This document shows positions 1 through 9,258 of a stretch of 64,000 nt of DNA, in pieces (position 1 is the stretch's first letter; every line of letters begins with the position of its first letter). This DNA is from an uncultured Sulfolobales archaeon (lineage in GTDB: Archaea; Thermoproteota; Thermoprotei_A; Sulfolobales; Desulfurococcaceae). The notes below the pieces were generated by a model. It was not told the DNA's origin and ran no database searches. It worked only from the letters and a program-made list of their open reading frames with translations. The stretch spans positions 4,889-68,888 of the forward strand of contig CALIML010000015.1 of assembly GCA_938045475.1 (NCBI GenBank). Reading direction: 5' to 3'. The translations under genes and the position numbers were made by a program.

Positions 1-1
1 G

Positions 2-856
2 GTTGAAGCTCCAATAATCGTAGTTAATGTCATGAGGGTTGGCCCAGCTACGGGGCAGGCGACTAAGCCAGCTCAAGGAGACATCATGCAGGCTAGGTGG
101 GGGAGGCACGGGGATCAATACTTAGTCTCGCTAGCTCCATCAACTCCCCAGGAATCCTTCGAATTAACTATTGAAGCATTTAATATAGCTGAAGAGTTGA
201 GAGTGCCAGTGATGCTATTGATAGATGAATTCATAGCTCATGGGAGGGAGATCGTCGTTTCCAAAAGAATAGCCGCTAAGTATAGGAGGACAGTGATGGG
301 GGAAGGCGAAGAGCCTTTTAACTCAATGAATCCAAAGATAGCCCCCCCTCTCCCAGAGCTTGGTTCAGGAAAGTACCTGCTGATCACTGGTTCAACACAC
401 GATGGACGAGGATACAGGGACGTCCACAACTTCGAGACTCACTTCAACTTAGTCAGGAGGCTTAAAGACAAGGTTGTGCTTAACTTAGATAAGCTATTCA
501 TGTATGAAGTGCATGGAGATGAAGAACCCGACGTACTGTTTATATCCTACGGCTCTACAGCCAGATCTGCTAAGGAGGCCGTCAATATATTAAGATCTAG
601 GGGAGTTAAGGCTAAGTTAATTAGGCTGAAGACTCTATGGCCCATCGACATAGAATTGATCAAGAGGCTTGGAGGGAATCCTAGGGCAGTAATAGTGCCT
701 GAGCAAAACTTAGGCCAGTTAATAATAGATGTAGAGAGAATCTACAACCCATTTGAGCACAGAGTGATGGGTTACAATAAGGTTGGGGGAGGGATACCCA
801 TTTACTCCAGTGAACTAGTGGAAGAAGCCTTAAAGGTGTTGAGCTGTGGAGGCTAA
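2..856 (+). CDS. 2-oxoacid:ferredoxin oxidoreductase alpha subunit, C-terminal part (5' end cut by window edge)
   Basis: The frame is open from base 2 (VEAPIIVVNVMRVGPATGQATKPAQGDIMQARWGRHGD...). The sequence pattern is typical of KorA/PorA-type alpha subunits. Overlapping beta and gamma subunit genes follow. Confidence 0.85.
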   Translation, partial: VEAPIIVVNVMRVGPATGQATKPAQGDIMQARWGRHGDQYLVSLAPSTPQESFELTIEAFNIAEELRVPVMLLIDEFIAHGREIVVSKRIAAKYRRTVMGEGEEPFNSMNPKIAPPLPELGSGKYLLITGSTHDGRGYRDVHNFETHFNLVRRLKDKVVLNLDKLFMYEVHGDEEPDVLFISYGSTARSAKEAVNILRSRGVKAKLIRLKTLWPIDIELIKRLGGNPRAVIVPEQNLGQLIIDVERIYNPFEHRVMGYNKVGGGIPIYSSELVEEALKVLSCGG

Positions 857-1688
857 GCATCCAACTAGGGAATACGTTAGAGAAGAAGTTCTTCCAACAA
901 CTTTCTGCCCCGGCTGCTACAACGGCATAGTTATGAATGCCATGGCTCTAGCCTTTAAGGAGTTGGGCGTGAGTGACTTAAGGAACTATGTTTTCGTCAG
1001 TGGAATAGGCTGTGCATCGTGGATACCGAACCCATACCTTAAGGCAGACTCCATACACACACTGCACGGCAGAGCTATTCCTGTTGCCACAGGCGTAAAG
1101 TTAGCTAAGCCCTCCCTAAACGTAATAGTGGTCGCTGGAGACGGAGATCTTGCTTCAATAGGTGGAAACCACTTAATCCACGCTGCTAGAAGAAACATGG
1201 ATATTTTAGTGATAATGGTTAACAACTTAGTGTACGCTATGACAAGGGGCCAGCAGTCTCCAACAACTCCACAGGGATTTATAACTATCACTACTCCATA
1301 CGGTAACTTCGAGAGGCCGCTCGATGTATCCAGAATTATTGCTGAAACTAATGCAAACTATGTTGCTAGGTGGTGCATAGTTAACTTCACTCAATTAAAG
1401 GAGAGCATTAAGGAAGCCTTAGCTAAGTATTGTAAAGGCTTTAGATTCATAGAAGTCTGGGCACCGTGCATAACGTATGTAGTTAGGTATGAAGGGAATA
1501 CTCCTGGAAGAGCTTTAAAGGAAATGAGTAGGAAGTGCGTTCCACTGAGTGATTATGAGAAATTGCCTGTGGAGAAAAGAGATGGAGGCATTGCAGTAGG
1601 AGTGTTTAAGAAAGAGCTTAAGCCGGGCTTCATAGATCTATATAGAAGCTATGTTGAAAAAGCCGTTGGAGGGGTTGGCAGTACATGA
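846..1688 (+). CDS. 2-oxoacid:ferredoxin oxidoreductase beta subunit (TPP-binding)
   Basis: 280-aa ORF with a GTG start overlapping the alpha stop by 11 nt. It has CPGC near the N-terminus and the TPP-binding block VVAGDGDLASIGGNH. Confidence 0.9.
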   Translation: MEAKHPTREYVREEVLPTTFCPGCYNGIVMNAMALAFKELGVSDLRNYVFVSGIGCASWIPNPYLKADSIHTLHGRAIPVATGVKLAKPSLNVIVVAGDGDLASIGGNHLIHAARRNMDILVIMVNNLVYAMTRGQQSPTTPQGFITITTPYGNFERPLDVSRIIAETNANYVARWCIVNFTQLKESIKEALAKYCKGFRFIEVWAPCITYVVRYEGNTPGRALKEMSRKCVPLSDYEKLPVEKRDGGIAVGVFKKELKPGFIDLYRSYVEKAVGGVGST

Positions 1689-2263
1689 AGGAACGCTCAG
1701 TGTGCTTAATAGGTAGTGGCGGCCAGGGAGTGGTTTTTGCAGCAACAATGCTGGCGAACGCTCTATTCGCTAGGGGACTTTATGTAGCTCAGCTCCAGAA
1801 CTATGGAGCTGAAGTAAGAGGGGGGTCTGTAATGGCTTACGTAGTGTTCAGCGAATCTGAAGTAGTAAACCCATTCATTAACTCATTCGATGTACTGATA
1901 GTGCTTCACGACTTTAACGTAAGTTCCTGGGCAAAGTACTTGAAATACACTGATCTAGTGATAGCAGACGATCTACTGGTCTCTAAATACTTGCATAGGG
2001 CAATTAAGGCACCGCTATTTAGGAAAGCCCTTGAAGGGGGCTTAGCGGGTAGGGAAAGCGTTGTTGCACTAGGGTTTTTAGCTGGATTAAATGTCGTAGG
2101 TAAAGATGATCTGAAGAATGCTTTGATGGATGCTAGAGACTTTGAACAAAACGTTAAGGCTCTAGAAATAGGCTATGAACTAGCTCTACAAATGCGCCTG
2201 AGGGAGCTACAAGAGTTCTCTAGTGAAAAAGCTCTCAGTGATAGCCGTGAACGACGTGCGTGA
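1685..2263 (+). CDS. 2-oxoacid:ferredoxin oxidoreductase gamma subunit
   Basis: 192-aa ORF whose ATG overlaps the beta stop (ATGA). It has the N-terminal GSGGQGVV motif of gamma subunits. The alpha-beta-gamma gene order is Kor-like. Confidence 0.8.
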   Translation: MKERSVCLIGSGGQGVVFAATMLANALFARGLYVAQLQNYGAEVRGGSVMAYVVFSESEVVNPFINSFDVLIVLHDFNVSSWAKYLKYTDLVIADDLLVSKYLHRAIKAPLFRKALEGGLAGRESVVALGFLAGLNVVGKDDLKNALMDARDFEQNVKALEIGYELALQMRLRELQEFSSEKALSDSRERRA

Positions 2264-2477
2264 AAGCGCTAAGAAGTACTTGGGGAGGCATATAATGGTG
2301 AAAGCCTTTAGCTAAGGCCTGGTGGCAGTCTATAGAGGAGGATCTTACTGATGAAGAAAGGAAGATCTTGCTGAGCCTGACTAGGACTAATAGCATAAGA
2401 GCTACTTCAATTAATTTATTCAACACAGCGAGCAAGAGATATTTAGGTTCTTAGAAAAGTTCTTAAGAGGTTGTGCC

Positions 2478-2497
2478 TTAAATATAAATAAATATTT
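2478..2497 (+). promoter_or_regulatory. Archaeal TATA/BRE-like promoter element
   Basis: TTAAATATAAATAAATATTT. GTG 2518 and ATG 2527 lie about 25-30 nt downstream, the spacing expected for a leaderless archaeal transcript. Confidence 0.45.
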
Positions 2498-2698
2498 GAA
2501 GAATCTTTGAATTAAGTGTGAGACTGATGACCTGCTTTGCAGCGGAGCATCTCTCAGGTGGAAGCCAGGCAGAGCCCAATGCCCTGCTAGTAAAGCAAGT
2601 GATCCCGTGGATGGGGCCAACTCTCGCTAACAGGAACACATCGCTAAGCACTGTTAGTGGGGAAACGCTCCTAGAAAGAGATGTGTGGGGAAAACAAG

Positions 2699-2848
2699 AT
2701 GCCTCACTGGGTACTTAAATGCACTGAGTGCAAGACTGTGTGGGAGTTGAACGTAGCATACAACTTAAAGGAGTATAGAAGGCTGTACCACTACTGCCCT
2801 AAGTGTGGGAAAAACACTTTCCACGATATACTGGAGTACGTTGATTAA
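2699..2848 (+). CDS. 49-aa zinc-ribbon protein (shorter than the ORF-track cutoff)
   Basis: Hand translation gives MPHWVLKCTECKTVWELNVAYNLKEYRRLYHYCPKCGKNTFHDILEYVD*. Two CxxC pairs (C8/C11 and C33/C36) lie 21 residues apart, a zinc-ribbon signature. ATG start, TAA stop. Confidence 0.55.
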   Translation: MPHWVLKCTECKTVWELNVAYNLKEYRRLYHYCPKCGKNTFHDILEYVD

Positions 2849-2856
2849 CTCATTAA

Positions 2857-2911
2857 GTGATGAAATTATGGGGGATGACCTATAGGGGATGAAGTAACCT
2901 GTCTCAACTGA
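2857..2911 (+). ncRNA. Candidate C/D box sRNA (weak)
   Basis: GUGAUGA(C)-11nt-AUGA(D')-11nt-UGAAGU(C')-12nt-CUGA(D), 55 nt, directly 3' of the zinc-ribbon ORF. Caveat: GGGAUGAA (2886-2893) can pair with UUCAUCCC (2912-2919), so a plain hairpin is an alternative. Confidence 0.3.
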
Positions 2912-3249
2912 TTCATCCCTAAATACACGTTCTAATTACTTCATGTCCATCATACTCAGCGACTTCTGCCCAGCCCAACGTGCCAGAGCTCTAGTCAATA
3001 GACGATGTTTATGTGTTTTACAAGCATTTCCTCAGAGAGTGGGGAAAGAACGCAGAGCTGAGAGAGTGGATCATGGGGAGAGGTGAATGTGTTCATAACT
3101 ATCCATAGGTAACTAGATCTAATTCTTCGTGATCTAAGGCTGTTAATATTGTTAAAGCACCCTCTTTTCTTCATTCAAAAAGTTATTAGTTGTCTTAATT
3201 TAAATATAGGTTAATGAATTTAGAAGCGAGAGTTGCTTGGTAAGCAGTC

Positions 3250-4521
3250 ATGGTAATTCAAGGCTTTAACGAGCACATATGTGTCTTGTGTAGAGGTAGA
3301 GGGTTCTGCGGACTTAGTTACTGTCCTTTGCTAGCTAATAAAATGGCTTTATTAAAACTTAGGAAAGTTAAGTCCTCTAGAGAGATATTTGGCAGTAGCC
3401 CCCCATCAGTTTTTGTAGGCAGATACGGCTACCCAGTAGTTAACATTGGTCCATCAACTCCTCCTGAAGTAGGTGATACAAGTATTTATGATTTCCCTGA
3501 GAAGTGGATTGAACTTAGGCTTGAGAACGTAATAGACTACAGGTGGAGCCTCATCACTAGCACTATGAGGGTTAGGGTGACCGACCTGAATAATAGCTTC
3601 ATCCATAGAGTGCATGAAGTAACTTTATCAGCTAAGCCAGTCGATGTTGAAGTCTATTTAGAGAAGCCTCCAAGGCCCCGCATTACGCTGAGCGAGTATG
3701 AGCCCCCTCAAGGGCCTAGAGCCCCGCTCAAGAACTTACGAGTAGTCGGCAATCCAAGTGTGCCTGCAGTTGTTGACAGAGTCTATAACGATAAGCATCT
3801 TAAGGCAAGTGATGCAGTAATTATCCTCTACAACAGCAACATCCCTGTGACATTCATTGAGAGAGTGCTTAGTGTAGGTGCCTTAGGCCTGTGGAGCGGT
3901 AGAAGAATTGTCCCGACTAGATGGAGCATTACAGCTGTTGACTCAACGATATCTGAGCACTTGCTTAAGGAAGTAAAGCATTACCCTGAGATAAGTGATG
4001 TAGAAGTATATGTCCGCAGACACTACGACAATCTATTCATAGCCCTCCTTATACCTAGTAAGTGGAGTTTTGAATGGATGGAGGCGTGGTGGCCTGGCTC
4101 AACGTGGAACCCTGGTTTAGAGAGAGTAGTTGTTGAAGGAGATCACGAGGGCTTCTGCGGAAGAAATAGCTATCCGAGCATAGGGGGATGCTACTATGCA
4201 TCTAGGCTCGCTACAGTAGAGTACTTATATAGAAGGAGGAGGCAGGCTGCAGCAGTTCTATTGAGAGAAATCTATCCTGGATTCAATATACCGATTGGAG
4301 TGTGGTTTGTGAGAGAAAACGTTAGGGCCATGTTTAGAGGAGAGCCTGCTTTAAGAACTAGCGATCTTAATGAAGCACTTAAGTTAATTGATAAAGAGGC
4401 CAAGCTTGGCTCTAGAAAGTGGCTGAATTCATCAGGAGTCCTTAGGAGAATAATCTATACTAAGCCAATAACTTACTACGCTAACGCCGGCTTCAAAGAG
4501 GGAGAGCGGAAAAGTGGTTAG
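3250..4521 (+). CDS. nreA: Nre-family (NreA-like) putative DNA repair protein
   Basis: 423 aa. The N-terminal Cys cluster CVLCRGRGFCGLSYCPLL and the overall size and architecture match my memory of archaeal Nre N- and C-terminal domains (formerly DUF650/DUF651). Confidence 0.65.
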   Translation: MVIQGFNEHICVLCRGRGFCGLSYCPLLANKMALLKLRKVKSSREIFGSSPPSVFVGRYGYPVVNIGPSTPPEVGDTSIYDFPEKWIELRLENVIDYRWSLITSTMRVRVTDLNNSFIHRVHEVTLSAKPVDVEVYLEKPPRPRITLSEYEPPQGPRAPLKNLRVVGNPSVPAVVDRVYNDKHLKASDAVIILYNSNIPVTFIERVLSVGALGLWSGRRIVPTRWSITAVDSTISEHLLKEVKHYPEISDVEVYVRRHYDNLFIALLIPSKWSFEWMEAWWPGSTWNPGLERVVVEGDHEGFCGRNSYPSIGGCYYASRLATVEYLYRRRRQAAAVLLREIYPGFNIPIGVWFVRENVRAMFRGEPALRTSDLNEALKLIDKEAKLGSRKWLNSSGVLRRIIYTKPITYYANAGFKEGERKSG

Positions 4522-5341
4522 GGCAAGAGTTTTAGAGACAAATGTTTATAAAGCCTTGTCGAGGAGCGGGCTCCCAGACATAGACTACGCTCTTAATCCA
4601 TACATCGGGTGCTGGCATTCATGCACGTACTGCTATGCACGCATATACGTTAGGAACAGCGTTGTCTCAAGAAACTGGGGCAGCGTCATACTAGTTAAGA
4701 AGAACATTGTTGAAGTACTGAGTAGAGAAGTTAAGCGCTTGAAATTGGGCGCTGTGGGGGTTGGAACAATAACTGATGCATATCAGCCTCTTGAAGCAAT
4801 ATATGGTTTAACTAGAAGATCTATCGATGTACTGTTGAAGGAGGGCTTTCAAGTGAGCATTCAGACGAAAAACCCGCTTATCCTAAGAGATCTAGATCTT
4901 CTTGAGAAACATAGGGACCACGTAGACATTGGATTAACTATAACTACCTTTAATCCAAGAGTGGCTGAATTCATAGAGCCCCGCGCCCCTCCCCCAAAGG
5001 CCAGAGCCAGCGCGTTGCGCAAGGCATCTGAAAGAGGCTTTAAGACCTGGATCTTTTATGGGCCAGTTATACCGTCTCTAAACGATGACGACTCTACAAT
5101 TGATGAAATCATAGAGCTAGCTAAGGACACTGGGAGCAAGATCTTTATTGACAGACTTCACGTAAAGAGCTTTATGTATATGCCCAATCACCCATTGAAT
5201 GAATTAATAAGCTTAACTAGAAAATATGAATGGAGGAGCTTTTTAACTAAAGTAATGAATAAATGTTTAAAAGCGGGAGTTAAGTGCGTGGAGGCATTTA
5301 CTAAAACGTATTCGCAGAGAGCTTTAGAAGAATTTATCTAG
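4514..5341 (+). CDS. Radical SAM protein, SPL/SplB-like (DNA repair photolyase-like, COG1533-type)
   Basis: 275 aa with the CxxxCxxC cluster motif in YIGCWHSCTYCYA near the N-terminus. The GTG start overlaps the nreA stop by 8 nt. Confidence 0.75.
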   Translation: MVRARVLETNVYKALSRSGLPDIDYALNPYIGCWHSCTYCYARIYVRNSVVSRNWGSVILVKKNIVEVLSREVKRLKLGAVGVGTITDAYQPLEAIYGLTRRSIDVLLKEGFQVSIQTKNPLILRDLDLLEKHRDHVDIGLTITTFNPRVAEFIEPRAPPPKARASALRKASERGFKTWIFYGPVIPSLNDDDSTIDEIIELAKDTGSKIFIDRLHVKSFMYMPNHPLNELISLTRKYEWRSFLTKVMNKCLKAGVKCVEAFTKTYSQRALEEFI

Positions 5342-5700
5342 GGCATAGAGCTTTTGCATGCAACACTTCATAAGATCGTTCTATGAAGAGCCTAGCTCTT
5401 GTGTAGAACCTTGTCTCATTACTATATTCACACTCCACTTTGCTTTACTAAAGATGTATTGAAAAGCCTGTGGGTCATTTAAAGAAGACATACTATGAAC
5501 GAACCACTTATATAAGGCTTGAAGAGCTGTCGTAAAGGAATTGAAATATAAATGTAGTTTTACAGTCTTTGGAAACTCAACGCATTCATCAATCGTTTCC
5601 AAGAATTAAGGTAAAAGCTTTAAACCTACTCCAAATACTTTAGGAGCTATTAGGAGGGGCTGGAAGTAACTGCTGCTATGCCCAATGGGAGGGGGATTTA

Positions 5701-6510
5701 TTGAGTTGCCAGGTGCTGGAATACGTAAAGTCTTCTATAGCATTCCTCTTTCTAATACACTTCAGCATACTTGATTTAAGGACTAGAAGTATACCAGACA
5801 GGCTAGTGTGTTTATTCTTAGCAATTTCACTGACTTTAATGATTGCTTCAATCCCAAACTACACTGCTTATTCATTAAGTGAAGCAATATTTTACGCAGT
5901 AATTGATGCCTCACTGGGTCCAATGCTCCTTTATGCACTCTTTAAAGTTAAGCTAATAGGCGATGCTGATGTAGTTGTCGTTTCATCGCTTACATTGCTG
6001 CACCCCCTTCCAAACATCTATGACTGCGTGTTGATCAACGTTAGTGTCCCAGTAAAGATGCCCCCAATTCTGCCCATAATTCTATACGCCAACTTAATGG
6101 TTGTGCTGTATTTGCCAGCCAATATTGTTGTGAACTTAGTTAAGTACGGAGAGTTCTATAGGAGTATCAAGACTGGTTTCTGGAAGAAAGCCATTCTTTT
6201 AGCTGAATCAAGACCTGTTGAAGCTGAAAAATACATATCGATGAAGCACAGGTACTTGCTTGAGGATTATAAGTTAACTGATGGAGGGCTTGCGAGGGAA
6301 GTCAAGTTGAGCTTCAACATACTTGAGGACTACGCGACTCATAGAGGTGTTGTAGAGAAGTTGTTAAATGAAGGATTTCTAAAACCCAGAGACCTCGTTT
6401 TAACGACTTACGGCATTCCATTCATAGTGCTATTATTGCTTGGCTACGCTGTATTTCTATTAGTTGGAGATACGCCAATGTTAATCCTATTGCTGAAGTT
6501 CCTCCATTAA
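5701..6510 (+). CDS. A24-family aspartic peptidase (prepilin/preflagellin peptidase-like) membrane protein
   Basis: 269-aa polytopic membrane ORF with a TTG start. It carries two Asp motifs, [11 protein letters not shown] and LIGDADVVV, in the positions typical of FlaK/PibD-type peptidases. Confidence 0.55.
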   Translation: MSCQVLEYVKSSIAFLFLIHFSILDLRTRSIPDRLVCLFLAISLTLMIASIPNYTAYSLSEAIFYAVIDASLGPMLLYALFKVKLIGDADVVVVSSLTLLHPLPNIYDCVLINVSVPVKMPPILPIILYANLMVVLYLPANIVVNLVKYGEFYRSIKTGFWKKAILLAESRPVEAEKYISMKHRYLLEDYKLTDGGLAREVKLSFNILEDYATHRGVVEKLLNEGFLKPRDLVLTTYGIPFIVLLLLGYAVFLLVGDTPMLILLLKFLH

Positions 6511-8744
6511 TCCTCAGCATCCCTTATTCCTTCATCAGTTATAGCGAATACAGCCTCACCCTCCGGTAAGTGAGGTGCATCAACTACTCTAGCTATCCTC
6601 CTACTACCCTTCCCCTTCCTTAGCTTTACTCTAATTCCAGGTACGTGGTAGAGTATGTGGCCGCCTACAGCTTGTGTAGGATCTCCATAGAATACGTCGG
6701 GTCTAGCCATTACTTGGTTTGTCACTACTACTGCAACATTATATGCTTCAGCTATTCTAACTAGCTGATGTAAATGCTTATTCAGCTTCTGCTGTCTAGC
6801 TGCCAAATACTCTCTGCCAGGGTATTCTGCTCTAAAGAGTCCTGTAACTGAGTCAACCACTATTAGTCTAACGTTCTCCTTAGGTATTATTTTAAATAAT
6901 TCATCTGTTACAGCCATCTGGTGGTCAGTATTGTAAACCCTTTGGTAAAGGATCCCATCCATAACTTGGTCGGGGTCTAGGCCTAAAGCCCTGGCCATAG
7001 CTTCAACTCTCTCCCACCTAAACGTTCCCTCGGCATCAATGAACGCAGCCTTGCCGCTTAAACCCCCCCGCTCAGGCTGCAGTTGGACATTGACGCTTAA
7101 CTGCATGCAGATCTGCGTATTGTGCAGTATTGATGGAGTCAGTCCACCGATGAAGTTCTCGTATACTGGGACAGCTATGTCATAGACATAGTCATTATAG
7201 GGTTCCTTTGAAACCTCAGTCACTACATCCCATGAGAGGTTTCTAACTACACTCAAGTACTTTAGTATTTCATCAACCTCCATAGATTTACCTAGTGCTT
7301 CACTCAACTGGAGGAGGAAGTTCTCTAAGTAAGTTAAGTCATCTTCGCTTATCCAAATTCTTTTATCTATCTTCAGCAGTAGCCCCCTTAATTTACTTAC
7401 GTAGTCTTCGCTGAGGCCATTAATGAGGCCTTTAAGAGAGCGCTTGATTGATTTAAGCAACTTTGACGGATACTTACGGCTCGCATTTATATTGATTGAC
7501 GAGGCTTTAAGAGGCAAATCTACGAGGGCTTGTGGAAGAGCGTTAACTATGTAAAGCCTATAGCACCCGCCTTTGCCGCTTCCCTTAACTACGGTGCTTA
7601 CCCCTATTCTAGCCATGAGGTAGGCTAAGTCAGCCGCCATCCTTTCACTCTTTACAATAACTAATGCACTGCTATGCTTATTAAATGCCTCTCCTCCATC
7701 AATGAACCCCGCTATGAAGCTCTTAACTAAATCCACTGAGCCGCTGAGTATTTGTCCTGGAATACATTCGCTAATTAAACAACTTCTGAACACTTCCTTT
7801 AAGAACTCGGCAATTCTTCCACCTAACGGTATAACGTATTTTATTCCACGAGAGCTATTGAGCGTCTTCACACTTGGCTTAAAGCCATGCCTGGACTCAA
7901 GGTAAGTCAAAACCCAGTTCACTAATTTAGCGCTAGTTAGAGTTATTGAAGCCCCTTTCCTAGAGCTCCTTGCTGCAACTAATCCAATGAAGTATGCATC
8001 GTCTTTAGTTAAACCAGCTTCTATTGGTTGAAGTGCTAAGAATGCCGGGGCAGCCATTACATCGCCGGGCTTAATTTCTTTGGCGGAAGCCCATTCTAAA
8101 CCATTTCTCCCAATGATTAACACTTTGTGGATGGGAGTTAGCTTCAATACTCTACCACTCTTAGTTCTAACAACCATTACTTCATTGCTCCACTCTCTGT
8201 ACAGAAATGCTGCTTCAACAGCTTTCACTTCGCCCTCACTATACGACAGTACCTTTACATTCTTTAAAGGTACTGCGTATCCATTGTCGTAAGGCACTTC
8301 ACCGTATGTCTTTGCGCAGCGTTCATAGACTTCACTTATTTTATCTACATGCAGCACGTCTTGATTTATGTACGCTATGTAAGTATCTTTAGCTACACAT
8401 TTCCCCGTTCCAAATTCTCCAAAAAACTCCGTGACAGTCTTTGTCTCAATACCTCCGCCGAGGAGGTCGTCTAGGTTCTTGCTTCCAGTAGTTACTTTTT
8501 GGACATTAAGCCTCTCTTGCTTAACTTCTCTAGCAGTTCTAAACCTTATATCAAGAGCTCTTCTAGCAGCTTCAATAATTTTTGTAGCTGTAGTAAGAGG
8601 TATTCCAGTAGCTTGACTAACTTCCTCAGGCTTTGATACAGCTAATGCCTCGAGAGTTGGAAAGCCTGCCTCTATCAGCTTACTTGCTACAGATGAAGTA
8701 ACTCCAGGCAAGTCTGTTAGAGACTTAGGCTTTTCCTTAGACAC
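6507..8744 (-). CDS. radA: DNA repair and recombination protein RadA, interrupted by an intein
   Basis: N-terminal HhH domain. The Walker A motif GEFGTGK is split from TQ by 427 extra residues. The C-terminal RecA core is intact (VVDSV..., NQVMARPD...). The extein totals 318 aa. Confidence 0.95.
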   Translation of the reverse strand: MSKEKPKSLTDLPGVTSSVASKLIEAGFPTLEALAVSKPEEVSQATGIPLTTATKIIEAARRALDIRFRTAREVKQERLNVQKVTTGSKNLDDLLGGGIETKTVTEFFGEFGTGKCVAKDTYIAYINQDVLHVDKISEVYERCAKTYGEVPYDNGYAVPLKNVKVLSYSEGEVKAVEAAFLYREWSNEVMVVRTKSGRVLKLTPIHKVLIIGRNGLEWASAKEIKPGDVMAAPAFLALQPIEAGLTKDDAYFIGLVAARSSRKGASITLTSAKLVNWVLTYLESRHGFKPSVKTLNSSRGIKYVIPLGGRIAEFLKEVFRSCLISECIPGQILSGSVDLVKSFIAGFIDGGEAFNKHSSALVIVKSERMAADLAYLMARIGVSTVVKGSGKGGCYRLYIVNALPQALVDLPLKASSININASRKYPSKLLKSIKRSLKGLINGLSEDYVSKLRGLLLKIDKRIWISEDDLTYLENFLLQLSEALGKSMEVDEILKYLSVVRNLSWDVVTEVSKEPYNDYVYDIAVPVYENFIGGLTPSILHNTQICMQLSVNVQLQPERGGLSGKAAFIDAEGTFRWERVEAMARALGLDPDQVMDGILYQRVYNTDHQMAVTDELFKIIPKENVRLIVVDSVTGLFRAEYPGREYLAARQQKLNKHLHQLVRIAEAYNVAVVVTNQVMARPDVFYGDPTQAVGGHILYHVPGIRVKLRKGKGSRRIARVVDAPHLPEGEAVFAITDEGIRDAED
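7119..8399 (-). mobile_element. RadA P-loop intein with LAGLIDADG homing-endonuclease domain (427 aa)
   Basis: Starts at Cys116 directly after GEFGTGK (codon TGT at 8399-8397). Block B is TPIH. LAGLIDADG-like helices are [10 protein letters not shown] and [10 protein letters not shown]. It ends ...SILHN (Asn542, 7121-7119), followed by Thr+1 of the GKT P-loop. Confidence 0.85.
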
Positions 8745-8964
8745 CCTCTCTCACCCGCCTTCCACTTCTACCTTTAGTACAAGGGCTTAAATAATGTGTA
8801 GAAAGCTTAAGCCCTAAATCCATTGCTGAGCTCTTTGCCTAGGAAATGCTTTTATAAACTCTCTTTTACGGCATTCAAGGTGAAGGGGCTAGCCATAGTT
8901 TGCAGAACTCTTAGACTTTTATACAACGTTCTTCATAAACAGTTTAGCGACGCGGTGTGTGGGC

Positions 8965-9258
8965 ATGTCAAGAGATCAAATTGTTGGCTGGAGCATATTT
9001 ATAGCCTCGATTCTCGTAATAGTGCTCTATGGTTACGTATTATTCCTACTCCCCCAATACACAATGCTGCTCCTACAAATAACAGCTATGGTTGCTGTAG
9101 CAGGTGTTTTCGGCATACTGGCATGGATAGGCTATACTCTGGCCACTACGCCTCCTCCAAAACCTATTGAAGAAATGGAGAAAGAAATCGAAGAAGAACT
9201 AAAGAAAGCTGGACAAGAGGCTAAACTTGGGGCAGCTGAGGGAAAGCCCGCAGTCTAA
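8965..9258 (+). CDS. Small membrane protein (2 TM helices plus charged tail), hypothetical
   Basis: ATG at 8965, in frame with the GTG at 8959 used by the track. Two hydrophobic helices are followed by a Pro-rich and Glu/Lys-rich tail. A TATA-like CTTTTATACA lies about 40 nt upstream. Confidence 0.5.
   Translation: MSRDQIVGWSIFIASILVIVLYGYVLFLLPQYTMLLLQITAMVAVAGVFGILAWIGYTLATTPPPKPIEEMEKEIEEELKKAGQEAKLGAAEGKPAV

Noticed and set aside
2340-2460. An open frame with no start codon that reads like a protein tail (AKAWWQSIEEDLTDEERKILLSLTRTNSIRATSINLFNTASKRYLGS). There is also a UGAUGA/CUGA pair at 2349-2380.
   Set aside because: No ATG/GTG/TTG start is available in the frame. The box spacing (16 nt, then two adjacent CUGA) does not fit a C/D sRNA. 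It may be a gene remnant, but I cannot support any call.
2540-2575. CUCAGGUGGAAGCCAGGCAGAGC resembles the SRP RNA helix-8 GGAA tetraloop region.
   Set aside because: The flanking symmetric and asymmetric loop consensus (AGG ... AGCA around a 3-bp GC stem) does not line up. Only about 180 nt are available before the zinc-ribbon ORF, versus about 300 nt for archaeal 7S RNA. The G+C content is far below that of the tRNA in this window. I also checked for RNase P CR-I/CR-V-like strings and the order is wrong.
5381-5602. 73-aa minus-strand ORF (TTG start) in the spacer between the radical SAM gene and the A24 peptidase gene.
   Set aside because: It has no motif, an odd composition and a TTG start. 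The spacer is needed anyway as the promoter region for the peptidase gene. I cannot support it as a gene without expression or conservation data.
8823-9170. 115-aa ORF overlapping the small membrane protein gene in another frame.
   Set aside because: Its translation is Cys/Arg/Ser-rich and non-protein-like, and it starts inside the radA promoter region. The overlapping frame (8965-9258) encodes clean TM helices and is preferred.
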